64,000 bases of DNA from Vitrella brassicaformis CCMP3155 (taxonomy: Eukaryota > Protista > Chromerida), in contig CDMY01000376.1 in NCBI GenBank assembly GCA_001179505.1, forward strand, positions 372,001-436,000, read 5' to 3'. A program made the position numbers and the translations under genes. This document shows, piece by piece, positions 22,541 through 36,200 of the stretch (positions within the stretch are counted from its first letter, which is position 1; each line of letters opens with the position of its first letter). Below the pieces are notes generated by a model. It was given only the letters and a program-made list of their open reading frames with translations, was not told the origin of the DNA and ran no database searches.

Positions 22541-25492
22541 TCAGAATACGAGTGGCGGCAGCTCAGCAGGAGGTGTGGCTGTGGTCTTGACGAGACGCGC
22601 GAGGCGAAATGCCTTCCGGTACATCGCCTGATCGATCGGCCGACCCACCCCACCCATCACATGAAGACACACGCAGGGTGAGCAAAGGAGACATGACGAA
22701 ATTCGCTCATCAGTCAGTGGCGAGGGACGTACGTACCTTGAGGTGCACGATCCTGTAGTGCGGAAAGTCGGGATCGTTCTCGATGTCCAGCCCCGGCACG
22801 GCACACCGACGAATGCGATTCACAAACCGCTCAAACCTAAAACACCCAAGACACACACACACGACACTCACTGTCTCTGTCTCTTCCAGCCGTTCACTCC
22901 CCCCTCCCTCCCTCCTCCCGCTTATTTACTTACTGTGCCGATTTCCTCCTGAGGTCGTCTTTCATGTCTGACAGCCACTCCGGATCCACATCCATCACAG
23001 ACGTCCCAGACGACAGACTGAAGCCGGAACTGCGCGAGGGGCTGGAGACCGGCAGCCTGCTGGTGGCAGCGGTGGTGGTGGCGGCGTGGGGTGTGGCGGC
23101 CGCTGCGGCCGCACGGGCGTCCGAGAGGCGCTGGTGTGCACTGGGCGGCCCCCTGAGGATCTTCCACACCGCGGTCACGTAGTTGCGCACCAGGGCTGTG
23201 TTGACGAACCTGACAGACAGACAGACAAAGCATAACACGCAAGCCAAGCGTCAGTTAGATGATGCGATTGACAAGAAATTGTCTGTTTGCTTGTTGAGAT
23301 GTGCTGTACGTGCGGCGTTCCTCAGGGCTCTCAGCGGTCTTGAACTTCATCTCGCCTCCCTCGAGGAAGGCGTCGACGTCCTCGCCCCTCTCCTCCCTCT
23401 CCACCATCTCGGCCAGGTCGAGGTCAAACACCTGCTCGGCCGCCAGCGCTAAGGAGCACGCCTGCAGCATCTCATTGACGCCGTCCTCCAGATGGTCCAG
23501 CAGCGCCGTCAGCTTGATCAGCAGCACCGCCACCATCGCCTTGATCTTGCACCCACACAGACACGAGCATGACCTCTCCGGCGATGGCGTGACGTCCTCG
23601 GGGTCTTCCCCGTCCTCCGCTCTCCTCCCCTTGCCCACCCCACATTCGCATGGGCAGGAGCAGTCGACGGGCGGCAGGTCGACCATCCCATCGGCCCCCG
23701 CACACGACGACGCCGACTCGTCGCCGTCATCGTTCCACCTGCGTCTGTCCTTCGCCTTGCCCTCGGGAAAGAAGCTCAGCCCAAAGACAGTCGGGCAGCA
23801 GTCGAGCGAAGGGGACTCCTGCGGCCCTTCGGACATGTGCAGCCGCACCGTCGTCCGGAAGCTCTTCTGCCGGCTGGTGGGGGTGGAGGTGGGCCGGCCG
23901 GGACCCTCCGCGATGCTCACGGCCACCGAGGTCGACACGATCCGCAAAAGGCCTTGGGTGGTGGTTGGGGGCTTGATGATGCGCAGCTGGAGCAGCCTGC
24001 GAGCGGGGTAGGGGCAGGGAGGGGCGTCGGGGGAGAGAGAGGGGGACGGAGGGGGGACGGGAGAGATGGTCACCTCGCTGCACTCCCTTGTGCGGCCGAT
24101 GGGCAGGGTCAGCCGTGGTCCGAACGATGCAGATGTGGTGGATGGCAGCCACGCCTCGGCCGTCGAGATGGCCTCGCCGGCCAGATCGATGTCGAACTCC
24201 AGCATGGTGCTGTAGCTGTCCTTGCTGCCGCGGGAGAGGGCCCTGACCATCTGGTGGTGGCCCTTGGCCTCGCTCGCCTCGTACACCTCCACGTGAGCCG
24301 ACGACGGGTCGCCCTCGCCATCGGAGATGACGACGAGGAACACGAGGGTCTCGGGGACCTCCTCGGTGCCCTCCACTGCGGCCTCCTTGAAGTAGGCGGA
24401 TGTGGCCAGCACCCCGTCGACCGCCTGTGCCACCACCCCCTGGATCTCGCCATCGATGTCGTCATCGAGAGTGGATGGGAAGTCCCACGCCCGGCTGGAG
24501 TTGGACCGCTCTGCGTCCGAGTCGCCGTCGTCCTCCTGGTCTGTCGCCCCGATGCGTGTGCTATCGTCGCCCGTGGCCGTCTTGCCCGACACGCTCCCCG
24601 CCGGCGTGTCCTTGGAGCATGGCGGCTGCAGGGTGGTTAAAGAGTTGGAGCTCAGCGATGACTGCCGGGGTAGGGGTTGGGGGTGGGAGCCCGGCAGACG
24701 TCCTGTGGCCTCGCCCCCGTCGCTCTCTTCCTCCCCAGCCTTGAGGTATGCGTCGAGGTCCATGGTGTGTGGCGGTTTCTGGACGTCGATCGTCATCTCG
24801 AGCGACTTCTGGGGGGCGGAGGAGGGGTCGCTCGACTGCGGGGACAGGTTGTCGGGGCCGTACGAGGCGCGCGCCTTCATCGTCCGGTCGCCGTCAGCGA
24901 TGCACCGGAAGCGGTTGCCTCGCTGCATCGTCTCCCGCACATAGCTTGCCATCTTGTCGTGGCGCGCAAACACATCCGTCAGGGAGAAGCGGGGAATCGG
25001 CGAAGGGGCGTGATGATCACCTTCAGGCCTGATCGCGCTCCCCGCCCTGGCCGGCAGGAAGCTGAGCATGGTGCTCGCGGCTGTCGACGTCGATGTGTCC
25101 ACTGGCGTGTGGAGCAGCTCCCCAAGACGCTGCAAGTTGCGCTCGAGGCCTTGATAGTCTATTCCTCCCTCAACCCTCTGCACATAATTCCCCTCCGCAA
25201 GCTCACTGGAAACACACACACACACGCCCACACACAGACGATCCAATCCGGCAAGTGCGTACCCCACATAGGTCTGAGCTATGGCAGGCGCGCGCACCGA
25301 CCGTTCGAGGGCGTCATGAAGGGGCGGCAGGATGGGGTCGAGTGATGGTGAGGCTGTCTTGATGTGACTCGGCTCCGGCTCCGGCGACAAGGGCGAGTGG
25401 GCCCGGTCTGCCGGGCTGTAATCTTGCATCCTCCGGTTGGTTGTGCGGCTGTTGACGCCAGAGAACGTGTGGCCTCTGCGGAAGAGCGGCAT
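22541..25492 (-). CDS. Hypothetical protein of about 900 aa, mostly low-complexity, with short ordered-looking N- and C-terminal blocks
   Basis: 745-codon ORF (25492-23255) plus in-phase downstream exons: VRFVNTALVRNYV...KSAQ|FERFVNRIRRCAVPGLDIENDPDFPHYRIVHLK|AMYRKAFRLARLVK...LVF*. No family recognised. Confidence 0.6.
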
Positions 25493-25754
25493 TGCGGGCC
25501 TCCCGCCGCCAGATCTCTGCCCCTCGACTCCTCCAGAGCGATGCAGACCTAGCCCTGAGACCTCTGCGCCACCGCAAGCATCACACAGGTAACGGCCGAT
25601 CGTTTTTCAGCTCGCGCGGTGCTTGCGTAGTTCGACAACAGAGGAACATTCTGTGACAGGTGTAAGAGTCAAGATCGTCAAGATTTTCAATATCTTCAGA
25701 AGAAGCGTCGCTTCCCGGTTTCCTTTTCTCTCTCCATCTTCCCTCCCTGCTGAG

Positions 25755-28099
25755 ATGCTCAGCACCTTGCGGCATCCAGCAGGCCGTGCATGCTGCGCCA
25801 CCAATGCTGTTCGACCACGGCCCGTCCGGCCCAGCCCTCGCTCAGATTTCTTTCCCCTCTCGCTCTCGTCCAGGCAACCGACGGCAACCGCACCTGCACC
25901 TGCCATACTCCCCTCAGCCACATGCTTCGCGCGCCACACGAGGTCATGGCACCAATACGGTGGATGCGGCAGCACCCACCGCGGCTTTGGCAGTGCAGCA
26001 GCGGCAGCGACCCACCGTGGGAGGGAGGAGGGAGCACCACTGGAGGACAACGACATCCATGAGCACATCGGTCGTGACCTGCTGTCCTACCGGCAGGCGT
26101 ACGACCGCATCGTCATCACCGACAGCCTGGAGCGCATCGTGGACGACTTCAACAAGGTGACCATGACGGGTGGGCAGATCGTCCACCGCATGCTGCGCAA
26201 CAAGGGCGTCGAGTACGTCTTCGGCTACTCGGGGGGCGCCGTGCTGCCGCTGGTGGACTGCTTCTACGACGAGAAGATCAAGTTCTTCCTCCAGTGCAAC
26301 GAGCAGTGCACGGGCCACAGTGCGGCGGCGGTGGGCAAGTCGACGGGCAAGCCGGGTGTGGTGGTGGTGACGTCGGGGCCGGGACTGACCAACCTCATCA
26401 CACCCCTGCAGGACGCACTCATGGATGGGGTCCCCATGGTCGTCCTCTCCGGACAGGTAGGGAGGGCACCTGTGGACACACACATCTATGGGCAGACAGA
26501 GAGACAGACGTGCAGTGCAGAGTGGTGGACGTGTGTGTCTGTGTGTGTGCGAAGGTACCGACGACGGCGATGGGCACGGATGCATTTCAGGAGTGTCCGG
26601 CAACGGCCCTGACGAAGCCCTGCACCAAGTGGAACTTCCTGGCGCAGGACATCGAGTCGCTGCCATGGGCACTCGAACACGCATTCAAAACGGCTATGTC
26701 CGGACGGTATGTCAATCAGCTCAAAAAGATGGATACACTTCACTCCACCCCTTCGTGCAATGCAATCGCCCAACGTTGTGTGGTGTGGTGTGTGTGTGGC
26801 TGGTCTGCCTCTCTGTCGTTGGTGCGGTGCAGCAAGGGTCCGGTTCATGTGGATCTGCCCAAGAATGTGTCGGCCGGTACGGCGCAAATACCGATCTCCC
26901 TCATCGCACCCAGGATGGGACAGGTGAGTCAGGTCAGAGAGCACAGCACACATACATACACGCAAAGCGCCGCTGGCTGTGTGAGTGAGTGATTGTGTCC
27001 GGCCATGCCATGTCTGTCTGTGTTGTGTTGTGATGTGGCACGTTACATTAGAATGACCTGGCCTACAATCTGGCAGAGCGCGAGAACGCCAAGCTCAAGG
27101 TGGAGCCCGAGAAGATGCAAAGAGTGGCTGACCTCATCGCACGGTATGCCATGGCAGCCAGTCCCGGAGGGAGGCCACAGACGCGATACACGACATGGGT
27201 ACACCCCGCGCATGACATGTCCGTCGATGTGTTGTGTGGTCAGTGCGGAGCGTCCGGTGATGTATGTGGGCCACGGTGCGTCAGAGGCGTGGAGGGAGGT
27301 CAGAGAGCTTGCCATCAAGGTCAGTAATATATATTACCCTCCCTCCCTCCTTGCCAGCCAGCCTGACAGACAGACAGAAGCCCACACGGACGTCTGTCTC
27401 TCTGTGCCTCTCTGCCTGTCTGATTGTCTGTCTGTCTGTCTGTCTCCCTTGGTGCGGTGCAGTGTGACATTCCGACGACCACGACAGTTCACGGGATGGG
27501 AATCTTCGACGAGCTGCACCCGCTGTCTCTGCACATGCTGGGCATGCACGGCTCTGCCTACGCCAACTACGCCATACAGAACGCTGACCTCATCCTCGCA
27601 ATCGGAAGCAGATTCGGTCAGCCAGACACACATCCCAACAACCGTCATACAGACAGACAGATCCTGACAGACAACAGAACAGTCTCTCTCTCCCGTGTGT
27701 TGTGTGTTGTGTGTTGGTGTGGATGGATCATATGATGTGGATTGGATCAGACGATCGCACCACCGGTGTGATAAGCAAGTATGCGCCCAGGGCTCGTGCG
27801 GCAGCTGTTAAGGGCGAGGGCGGCATCGTGCACATCGATATCGAGGCACGGCAGTTCGGCAAGTGTGTCGAGCCGAACCTTGCCATCCACTCAGACTGCA
27901 GAAACGGTGTGTGAGATGGGAGACAGAGAGGGAGAGGCAGGAGGCACGCATTTCTGTCGCTGATTCGTTGTGCCGTGACTCACGTGTGTATCTCCTTCCG
28001 TCATTCCGTCATTCAGCGTTGCTTCAGCTGTTGCCCCTGGTGTCTGAGCAGACGAGGTCCGAATGGGTCGCACAGGTACTGCAGCATGGCAGCATGGCG

Positions 28100-28130
<31 letters not shown>

Positions 28131-29405
28131 TCACCACGTCTCCCTGGCTGTCCTGTCTCTCATGACCAGATCCAGAAGTGGAAGCAGAAGTTCCCCTTCT
28201 CATGGATTCCGGCCCCCGAAGGACGCATCAAGACACAAGACGTACGTAAACTATCTAACAACGTACACTAACAAACACACTCACTGCTGAAGCGAGAGCG
28301 GTAGACGCTCTGCCCCCGTGTGTGTCCTCCACACACACAGGTGTGTGACGGCATCTACCGCGCGACTCGGAAGCCCGACGTGGTGCCTGAGGGCAAGGAC
28401 GTCATCTACTGCACGGGTGTGGGCAACCACCAGATGATGACCGCCCAGTTCATCCGGTGGCGGCGGCCGCGGCAAATGATCACTTCGGGCGGGCTGGGCA
28501 CCATGGGCTCGGGACTGCCCTTCTCTATCGGCGCACAGGTGCGGTGTGCTGCGCTTCACCGCCACCACCAGCACTCACATATCGGACACCGCAGCCCACT
28601 CGTGTCTCTGTGTGTGTGTGTGTGTGGCCGTGCGGTGCGGCTGTGTGTGTCATTCAGGTGTCTCATCCCGACAGTTTGGTGATCCTGATCGATGGTGACG
28701 GCTCCTTCAACATGACCCACGTCGACCTGGCCAGCGTGAGGCGGTATAACCTGCCCATCAAGATAGCCATCATGAATGACGGAAAGTACGCAACGCACGA
28801 CAACGCATCCCATTCCGACCATATGAACGGACCATCCATCGCATGTGCTGCGTGTGTGTGTGTGTGTGTATGTTGTGTCGTTGGCTTGGCTGGTCTGGTT
28901 GATGCGGTGCAGGCAGCAGATGGTGGCAGTGTGGCAGAAGCTCTTCTTCAATGGCCGCATGCTGGCCACCGACAACACAAACCCTGACTATGTCATGGTG
29001 CGCAGCGCAGCGCACTGCACTGCAGCGGCCGACATACACACACAGCAAATCAATCAATGTACACACGTGTGTATCTGTGTGTCGGTTGGTTTGTGCAGCT
29101 GGCGAACTCTCACGGCGTTCCTGCCGTGCGGTGCAGCCACGTGAGCGATCTCGACAAGACCATCGCAGAGTGGCTCAGCACCGAAGGGCCCTGCCTCGCA
29201 GACTTCAGGCACCATACGCACACACATCACGTACCTTGTTCATGGACGGATCCGTTTGTGTCTCTGCTCTGTGTGTGTGTGTGTGCCCAGGGTTGTGCCC
29301 GACATCTGTCTGCCGATGGTTCAGCCGGGGCGGGCACTGGACGAGATGCTGCTCAACCCGGAACAGCTCGAAAACGCCAAAATGGAGGGGCTGGCGCCAT
29401 CATGA
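25755..29405 (+). CDS. ilvB: Acetolactate synthase (AHAS) catalytic subunit with mitochondrial-type presequence
   Basis: [25 protein letters not shown]|[52 protein letters not shown], ThDP motif GDGSFNM...IMNDG, and MVAVWQ. Confidence 0.97.
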
Positions 29406-30084
29406 TGGATAGACAGATGGGTCACGGGTGGGTGGGGTGGCTAGACAGACAGACGGCGGTGTGTTGATGATTTGATTTGATTTGTGCGATCGACGGATGG
29501 CACGGCACAGATGAAGGAATGAATGCAACGCAGGGCGGCCGGCCATGTGATGGTGAAAGCTATGCGTCGACATGGCCGCCGGCCCTTTTGCGGCTTGATC
29601 AAAGGATGAATGGAGTTTGATTGATTGCGTGGTGTCTGTGATCGATGTGTGATCTCTATATCGATGTGTTGTATGTGTATGTGGGATGGATGGCTACATC
29701 TGCATAGCTTGTGTGTTTATACGGACGGCCACATGGTGGAGTGGAGTGTGTGTGTGAGGGCAGCGGTAGCCTACGGTAGGTAGCCAAGCTTGACTCATGC
29801 GGACGGACGGCTTGATGCGATACGATGTATGCATTGCATTGACCTATGTGTCGTCTGTGTCTGTGTCACCTGATCTCTAAACATTTTTCATTTTAATTAA
29901 CCCGCCCCGTCATCGCCCCATCTGCCTTGCGAGCCGAAGACGGTCCCAAGAAAAAGATCGCCATCTCATCATTCTTTCTTTCGCCTTCCCTTCGATTCAA
30001 AATCGTTGTTCTTGAAAGCCCTTCGCACCCTGCGTACTGCCATTCGTTTCCATCGCCTTCGGCCTCGGCGCGACTTCATCGCTG

Positions 30085-32402
30085 ATGGACTCTCACAGCC
30101 AACGGCCTCCAGAACCGGAAGGTAAGGAGGCCCCCTCGTCTGCCAACTTCTTCATATGGGGGGTAGCACCCTGGACGCCTTCCAAGGTCATCAGCCGGCC
30201 ATTCCTGACGGAGAAGATAGCGGGCGACATCAAGGATGTGGCCATTGGGGCCTCATGGATGGTCGCTCTTCTCGAGAACGGGGAGCTGTGGTCCTGGGGT
30301 GAGGACAGCAATGGATGCCTCGGACTGGTGGGCAATGAACCCATACACCATACATACACACTGGCATGCACTCGTTCCTGCCTTTCTCCTCTCTGGGGGT
30401 GTGTTAAGGGCCAGGACCGCACGTCAGCGCCGGAGCCCGCGCAGATTCATTTGGAAACTCACAGCTTGGCGCTTCCCACCGCCGCGTCGCGTGTCAGTTT
30501 CGTTGACACGTCGCCATCCGCCAGACCGTCGCACGCCTCTATCCGCAAGGCCAGCACTGCCACAACCGGTGCAGTGAGGATGCCCGACACAGTGGTTGGT
30601 CTGGTGGGTGGGGGGGACTTCGTGCTGGCGTGGACGGCGCGCGGCTGTCTGTATGGGTGGGGATCAAACGCCGACGGACAATTGGGCGTCGGGGATTTCA
30701 GCAATCGCTTCCAACCGGCACGAGTGGACGCCCTCGAGGACGATGCTGTCTCCCAGGTGCTTGTCGCCCACGGCCATTCTGTGTTCGCTTTATCTGAAAG
30801 GGGGAGTGTCTTCGCTTGGGGCAACAACTCAAAAAGAGAGCTGGGGCTGGACACAGGAAAGAAGAAGACCCAGGGCCACAGCCACAGCCAGGAGCCGATT
30901 CAACCGACCGCAGCAGCTAGAGCGGCCGCCACACATGTGCAGACGAGGGTGGCCAGGCCTGAGCCCCTCGTGAGCCTGCGGCCATACAAGATCAGCCGCA
31001 TCGAGAGTAAGAATGGTACGCTGCTCGCCCACATCGACCACGGCAGCAAGAAGCGAGCGGCCATGGGCGTGCATCAAGCAGCAGAAGGTGCGCTGAGCGA
31101 GGCCCTCTCTCTCAAGACACCCTCACCCGACACCAAACCAGAGCCCCAACATGCCCGCCTGCCTGTCGAAGAGGTTGAGCTGCTGCAGGGGGTGGATTTC
31201 CTGCGCAAGGTCTTTGAGCAGATGGCGTCGTGGTGGGAACAGCTGCTGCGGCTGCGGCACGGCGAGCCCGACCCCTCGTCGATGGACACAAATGCGGACC
31301 TCCACCACCGCGCAAATAGGGAGCTGCCGGCACACGAGATGGATCAGAACGTTGAGGAGAGTGCGCTGCTGCACGCACTTGACAGCCTGGGAGGGCTGCA
31401 CAGGGCGGCCGTGGCACAGCTCAAGGAGGCACAGGGCGCTCCCAGGGCTAAGAACATCCGGCTTCTGCTGACTATCTTCATTGACGACTGCCGGCTCCGC
31501 ACGGTGGGTTTGTCGTCTTGTGTTGCAGACAGCATGGCACGAAGCCCTCCCTTTTCTTTTCCATGCTCTCTCCCCTTGTTGGTTGTGTGTTGGGTCAGGA
31601 GAAGGTCCAACGCACATTGGGCGCCCGGCGGCTGACGGACCTCAAGCGAACCGTCGAGAAGATCCCCGGCGAGCAGGTGCACGAGTTCGGCAACAAGACT
31701 GCATCTGACATCAAGAAGCTCCTTGCCAGCAGCAGCCAGGCGGAGGCGATCCTGCAGCGAGTGCGCAGCGCTGATGTGTCCGACCTGCTGTGCAGAGAGC
31801 TGCAGCTGTCTCTCGCACAGACAATGGAGGCCCGTGTGCAGCTCTATGAGACACAGATCCAGCTGCTGCAGCACCTGCAGAACACCGCTCTCCATGGCCT
31901 CAGCGACGCGCCTTCGGCCAGCGACCCCACTTTGCCTGCCCTTTGTGTGGTGGCCGAGAGGTGGCGCCATCTCAAGAGCTTCTCATTGGCCAAGCTGTGT
32001 GCCGAGTGCGAGAGACACGCACACGAGTACGGGGACAAGGAGGAGTTTCTGCAGTGGCTGGTCAAGGCGTCGGATCAGAAGATCGACCAGCTGCTGCTCA
32101 TGCAGAAGGACCCACCTGCCGTCATGCAGGACTGCCTGCTGCCGACACTGTGCTACGATCTTTTGCACGAGAACGCTGAGCTGCGCAAGATGGCCAACGC
32201 CTACCAGCTGCGGGTGTTCATCCTCCACAAGAGGGCACAGGCTCATCATATTCATGGTGGGGGTGGTTTGGGAGGCACCATGGGCACACTGGGGCTGAGC
32301 AAGAGTGGCGGTGTGTCAGGGATGGGTGTGTCTGGGGGCTCTATGTCGGCTGGGATGAGCAGGGCGCCTGTGCCCCCGCTGCCGCTGAGCAGGAAGCATT
32401 GA
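30085..32402 (+). CDS. RCC1/BLIP-II repeat protein with helical/coiled-coil C-terminal half
   Basis: Repeats LLENGELWSWGEDSNGCLGL, WTARGCLYGWGSNADGQLGVG and LSERGSVFAWGNNSKRELGL, followed by a Leu/Gln/Glu-rich helical region. Two introns inferred. Confidence 0.8.
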
Positions 32403-33320
32403 GTAAATGAGAGACGCGGGGAGGTTTGTAGAGGTTGGGTATCACACATACACAGTGTTGGGGGGATGCACCTCCAGAGAGACAGACACGGTGTGCACTG
32501 CACGGAGTGCCTACGTGTAGCTAGTTTATTCTCACTGTGCTCTCTGTGGGATGTGAGTGCGTCCATGCGCTGATTGGTGGATGGATGGATGGATGGACGT
32601 ACTGGTGACCTTTCCTGCCATTTCATGACCCATTTAGATTTCGATGTCAGCAGTCAGTCAGTCCATGTGGACAAGGCGCACACACATTCTCGCGTCTCTG
32701 TCTGTCTTTGCCCGTCATATATGTCGGCGCACCGCACCGTGGCGTTCGTTCACCTTGACGGGTGCAGCTGTAGCATTCGAGTGGGTGGGCATTATAACAC
32801 ACAATCACGTGGCATTATAACACACACTCACATGACATACTACAGCAGACACACGCCAGGCGAGCACCATGCCATGCACGCCACGCACAACCTGACTGAC
32901 AGATTCCTCCACTCCGTGTGTCGGTGCAAGCGCAGCGACAGCCACGCCACGCGCATCGCATCGATTGTCCGCTCATCTCATTCACTGACTGTTTGCAAGT
33001 ACGTACGTAAGCATGTATGTATGTATGTATGGGTTTCACTGTGCAGCAACAGCCTCGCTGTGAGCTGCCTGGGCCAGAGAGTGAATGAGAGAGTGAGTGA
33101 GCAAAAGAGAGAGAGGGGCGAGTCCAGTGCACACACGCACCGCACCCGCTCTTCCTTCATTCGTCAGGCCTTCAATAGTCAGTCGATCAGGCGATCGACG
33201 CATTGCATTCCATCCCTCCCCTCCCCTCCTCTCCCCTCCACATGAACACATGGAAACGAAAGGAGAAAAAATGGGGATTGTCGATACGATGCACACACTC
33301 ATGGATGGATGGATGGAGCC

Positions 33321-33365
<45 letters not shown>

Positions 33366-34241
33366 AGGCAATAGAAACCAAGGAAGGCAAGGCAATCCAA
33401 TCGGTGAGAACAAAATCAGTCAGGGGTAGTAGCTAGGCTAGGCTAGGCAGGCCGACAGACAAGGGGAGGTGGAAGGAAAATAACTCACAAAACTGGGCAG
33501 TGAGTGAGTGACGATACACACATAAGGACGGACATCTGCAAGTGGGGTGGGTAGGAGGGGAGGAGAGGAACCGCTTAGCGTTAGTCGACAAGAAAAGCAA
33601 GCACGCGGGAGGCACACACACACACACAGTGCATCCATCAATCAGGCCACCCACGATCGTGTCGTGGTGCATCGCATCGGTGTGGGTCGCATCGCATCGC
33701 ATGTAGGTAGGGATGGGCTGATGAAAACAAACTCTCTGTTTATTGCGTCAGTCATCTGTGCAATCAATGCACGCAGGCAGACCGGCATCTCTCTCTCTTT
33801 TGCGCATGCATGGACGGCGCAGCACACGACACCTCTCTCGCTCTTTCTTTGTCTCAGCCTACCGCTACACACACCGCACCGCACAAACACTCAGACACAT
33901 GGTCGACTGACACACAGACAGTAAGTAACATGAAGAGGCCAAGCCCCAAAGCGGCTGGCCTGACCCACATACACATTATATTGCATGTATGTGTATACGT
34001 ATGTGTGTGTGTGTGTGTGCGATCGCCCGCATTCAGACAGCCGGCGAGTGAGTCCGTCCATCCATCCATCCATCCATCCCAGCACCTCAGAACCCCACCC
34101 TCTAATTCTACACATCACCATCGCGTCTCACACATATATAGTCAGCCCTTTCTTCAAAGCATGTAGTCAGTCAGTAAGCAAAATGCAGCCCGCCCGCCCC
34201 CGTCCCTCGCGCCTGCGCCTGTCATGACTGACAGTCTTCAG

Positions 34242-35975
34242 TTAGGCCTTTTTGCTCTCCAACGACTTTGACACACCGTACAGGAGTGTGCCGCCGACGG
34301 CGATGGCCGATCCGAGTGCGCCGAGTGGTGTGAATTTGGTACCGAAGACGATGACGGACGCCAGGATGAGGGCCACGCGCTTGAAGGTGTTGGCCACGGC
34401 GTGACTCACAGTGTTCAAACGAGACAGAGACAGGAAGGCCACCTGAACAAGACAGATAAGACACACGTGCGGCAATGTGTAAGTGTGTGTGCAGCCACCC
34501 ATGGGTTGGTTTGGTTCTCACCTCGTTGTAGAGGTAGTACCAGAATCCCGATCCGACGACGTGTCGGATGATCTGCTTGCCGGTGATGCCGTTGGCGAGT
34601 GCGTTGTTCCACACGGGCACGATCGACTTCATGTCGAACAGCGCCAGAGGCACCAGGAACATGGTCGCGAAGATCGTCAGGATGGCGTACATGTTGCTGG
34701 GCGTCAGGTTCTCGCCAAGCTTGTCCTTGTCGCCCATCGCCTTCTTGCTGTAGATACCTGCACTCACACAACAAACAGAAGCACCGGTGAGTGACACACA
34801 TACTGACTGACTGGCTGTAGTTGCTGGTCTGGTCTACTGGTGAACCGTGTCCGTGTCTGTCTGTCGGCGGACCTCTGAGCGATGACCCGACGTTGGAGAC
34901 CATGGCACCGATGAAGGCCCTCCAGGTGAAAGAGAGCTCCTTGAGCGACGCGAGCGACACGCCAAAGATGATGGGGACCAGGCTGAGGTAGGTTAGGGGC
35001 GAGAGGTAGTTCTGCAGCACCACCGCAGAGAGCACCGAGGTCGTCACGGGCTCGGCCGCCTTGACGATGTGGACGAACGAGATGGCGCCGGCGCCCAGTG
35101 CGATGACGGCCGAGATGTGGACGGATGCGTGGAAGAGGCCCTGGATTGCGAGCTGCTTGACGCCCTCGGAGTTGTAGATCTTGGGCTTGGGTCGGATGCC
35201 GGTGAGCCAGGGGAGCATGAAGATGGGGATGCCCACGAGCATCTGGAGGGCTGACACCGTCAGCGGCAGGGGGTACAGGTTCAGCGCCCTCTTGTTGTCC
35301 ACATTGTACAGCACGTTGAACGCATACCTGATAGATACATACACACACACACATGGATGGATGGACGGATGGATGGATGTCTCCCCTGGTACCACCAGCA
35401 TAGCATGTGTGTGCCTCACTGCCTGACTGACTGACTCACCAGAGGAAGAGGAAGAAGAAGGTCTTGGCGGTCTCGACCATGTCACTCCCGGTGTCCCCGT
35501 TGACCTCCTTCTTGAGGGTGCTCAGCGACTTCTGGTACCCCTGCTTCTCCAGAAACGCCATGACCTTGTCCAGGTCAAGGTCGAGCGTGCTTGTCGCCAT
35601 CGACGTGGTCGTCGCCTCGGTCGTGGCCACCGACTCTAGCGCCGTCATGCCCTCGGGGAAGAGCCGGCCATTCCTCGCCCGCCCGAATCGCTGCGCTGAT
35701 GGGACGGGCTGCGAGAATGGGGAGGCCACGAAGCCCTCACCGGACGCCATGAGGGAGGCGAATGCGTCGGCGGCATCGTCCAGGTCCGACAGGAAGGCGT
35801 CCGTTGCGTCGTCCCGTGCAGTGGTGTCGGCCTCTTCCTGGAGATCCTGCCTTTCCAGCAGCGGCGCCAGCTGGTTGAGGCCTCGTGTGGCGCGGATCTT
35901 GTATGCCACACTGCTGGCATACCCGCAGCTCACCAGGCATGCGAGGCATAGCGCAATGACGCTCCTCATCATCAT
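34242..35975 (-). CDS. TPT: Plastid triose-phosphate/phosphate translocator (pPT, apicoplast TPT-like) with bipartite leader
   Basis: W|YAFNVLYNVDNKRALN, GAISFVHIVKAAEPV, YLSLVPIIFGVSLAS, GFWYYLYNE|VAFLSL..LNTVSHAVANTFKRV. Signal peptide MMMRSVIALCLACLVSCGYA. Confidence 0.95.
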
Positions 35976-36200
35976 ACTGGTCGGGGTGGGCAGATGAGAT
36001 GGTGAGTGGAGGAGGGCGGGCTGCTCAGGAAGGAGGGGGGAGGAGCAGGGGTGGTAGAGGCGGTACTTCAACTTTGAGCTCGCACCAGTGGGATCGTTTC
36101 GTTTTTCGAAGGCGCTGACGGGCAGCCCACCCATCGCCATTCTGCAACGTGTTTGTAGCTTAGCTCTCTGCTGCTGGTGATCTGATTGAGCGCTCACCAC

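Noticed and set aside
22541-22830. C-terminal block of the orphan protein as an AP2 or ACDC domain
   Set aside because: It lacks the AP2 GV...W.A.W...F pattern and the ACDC signature; left unassigned.
25208-25265. In-frame segment YALAGLDRLCVGVCVCVSS inside the 745-aa ORF treated as protein (similar cases at 30336-30407 and 14050-14075)
   Set aside because: It is bounded by GT...AG and TG-rich, so it is most likely a short intron whose length happens to preserve the frame.
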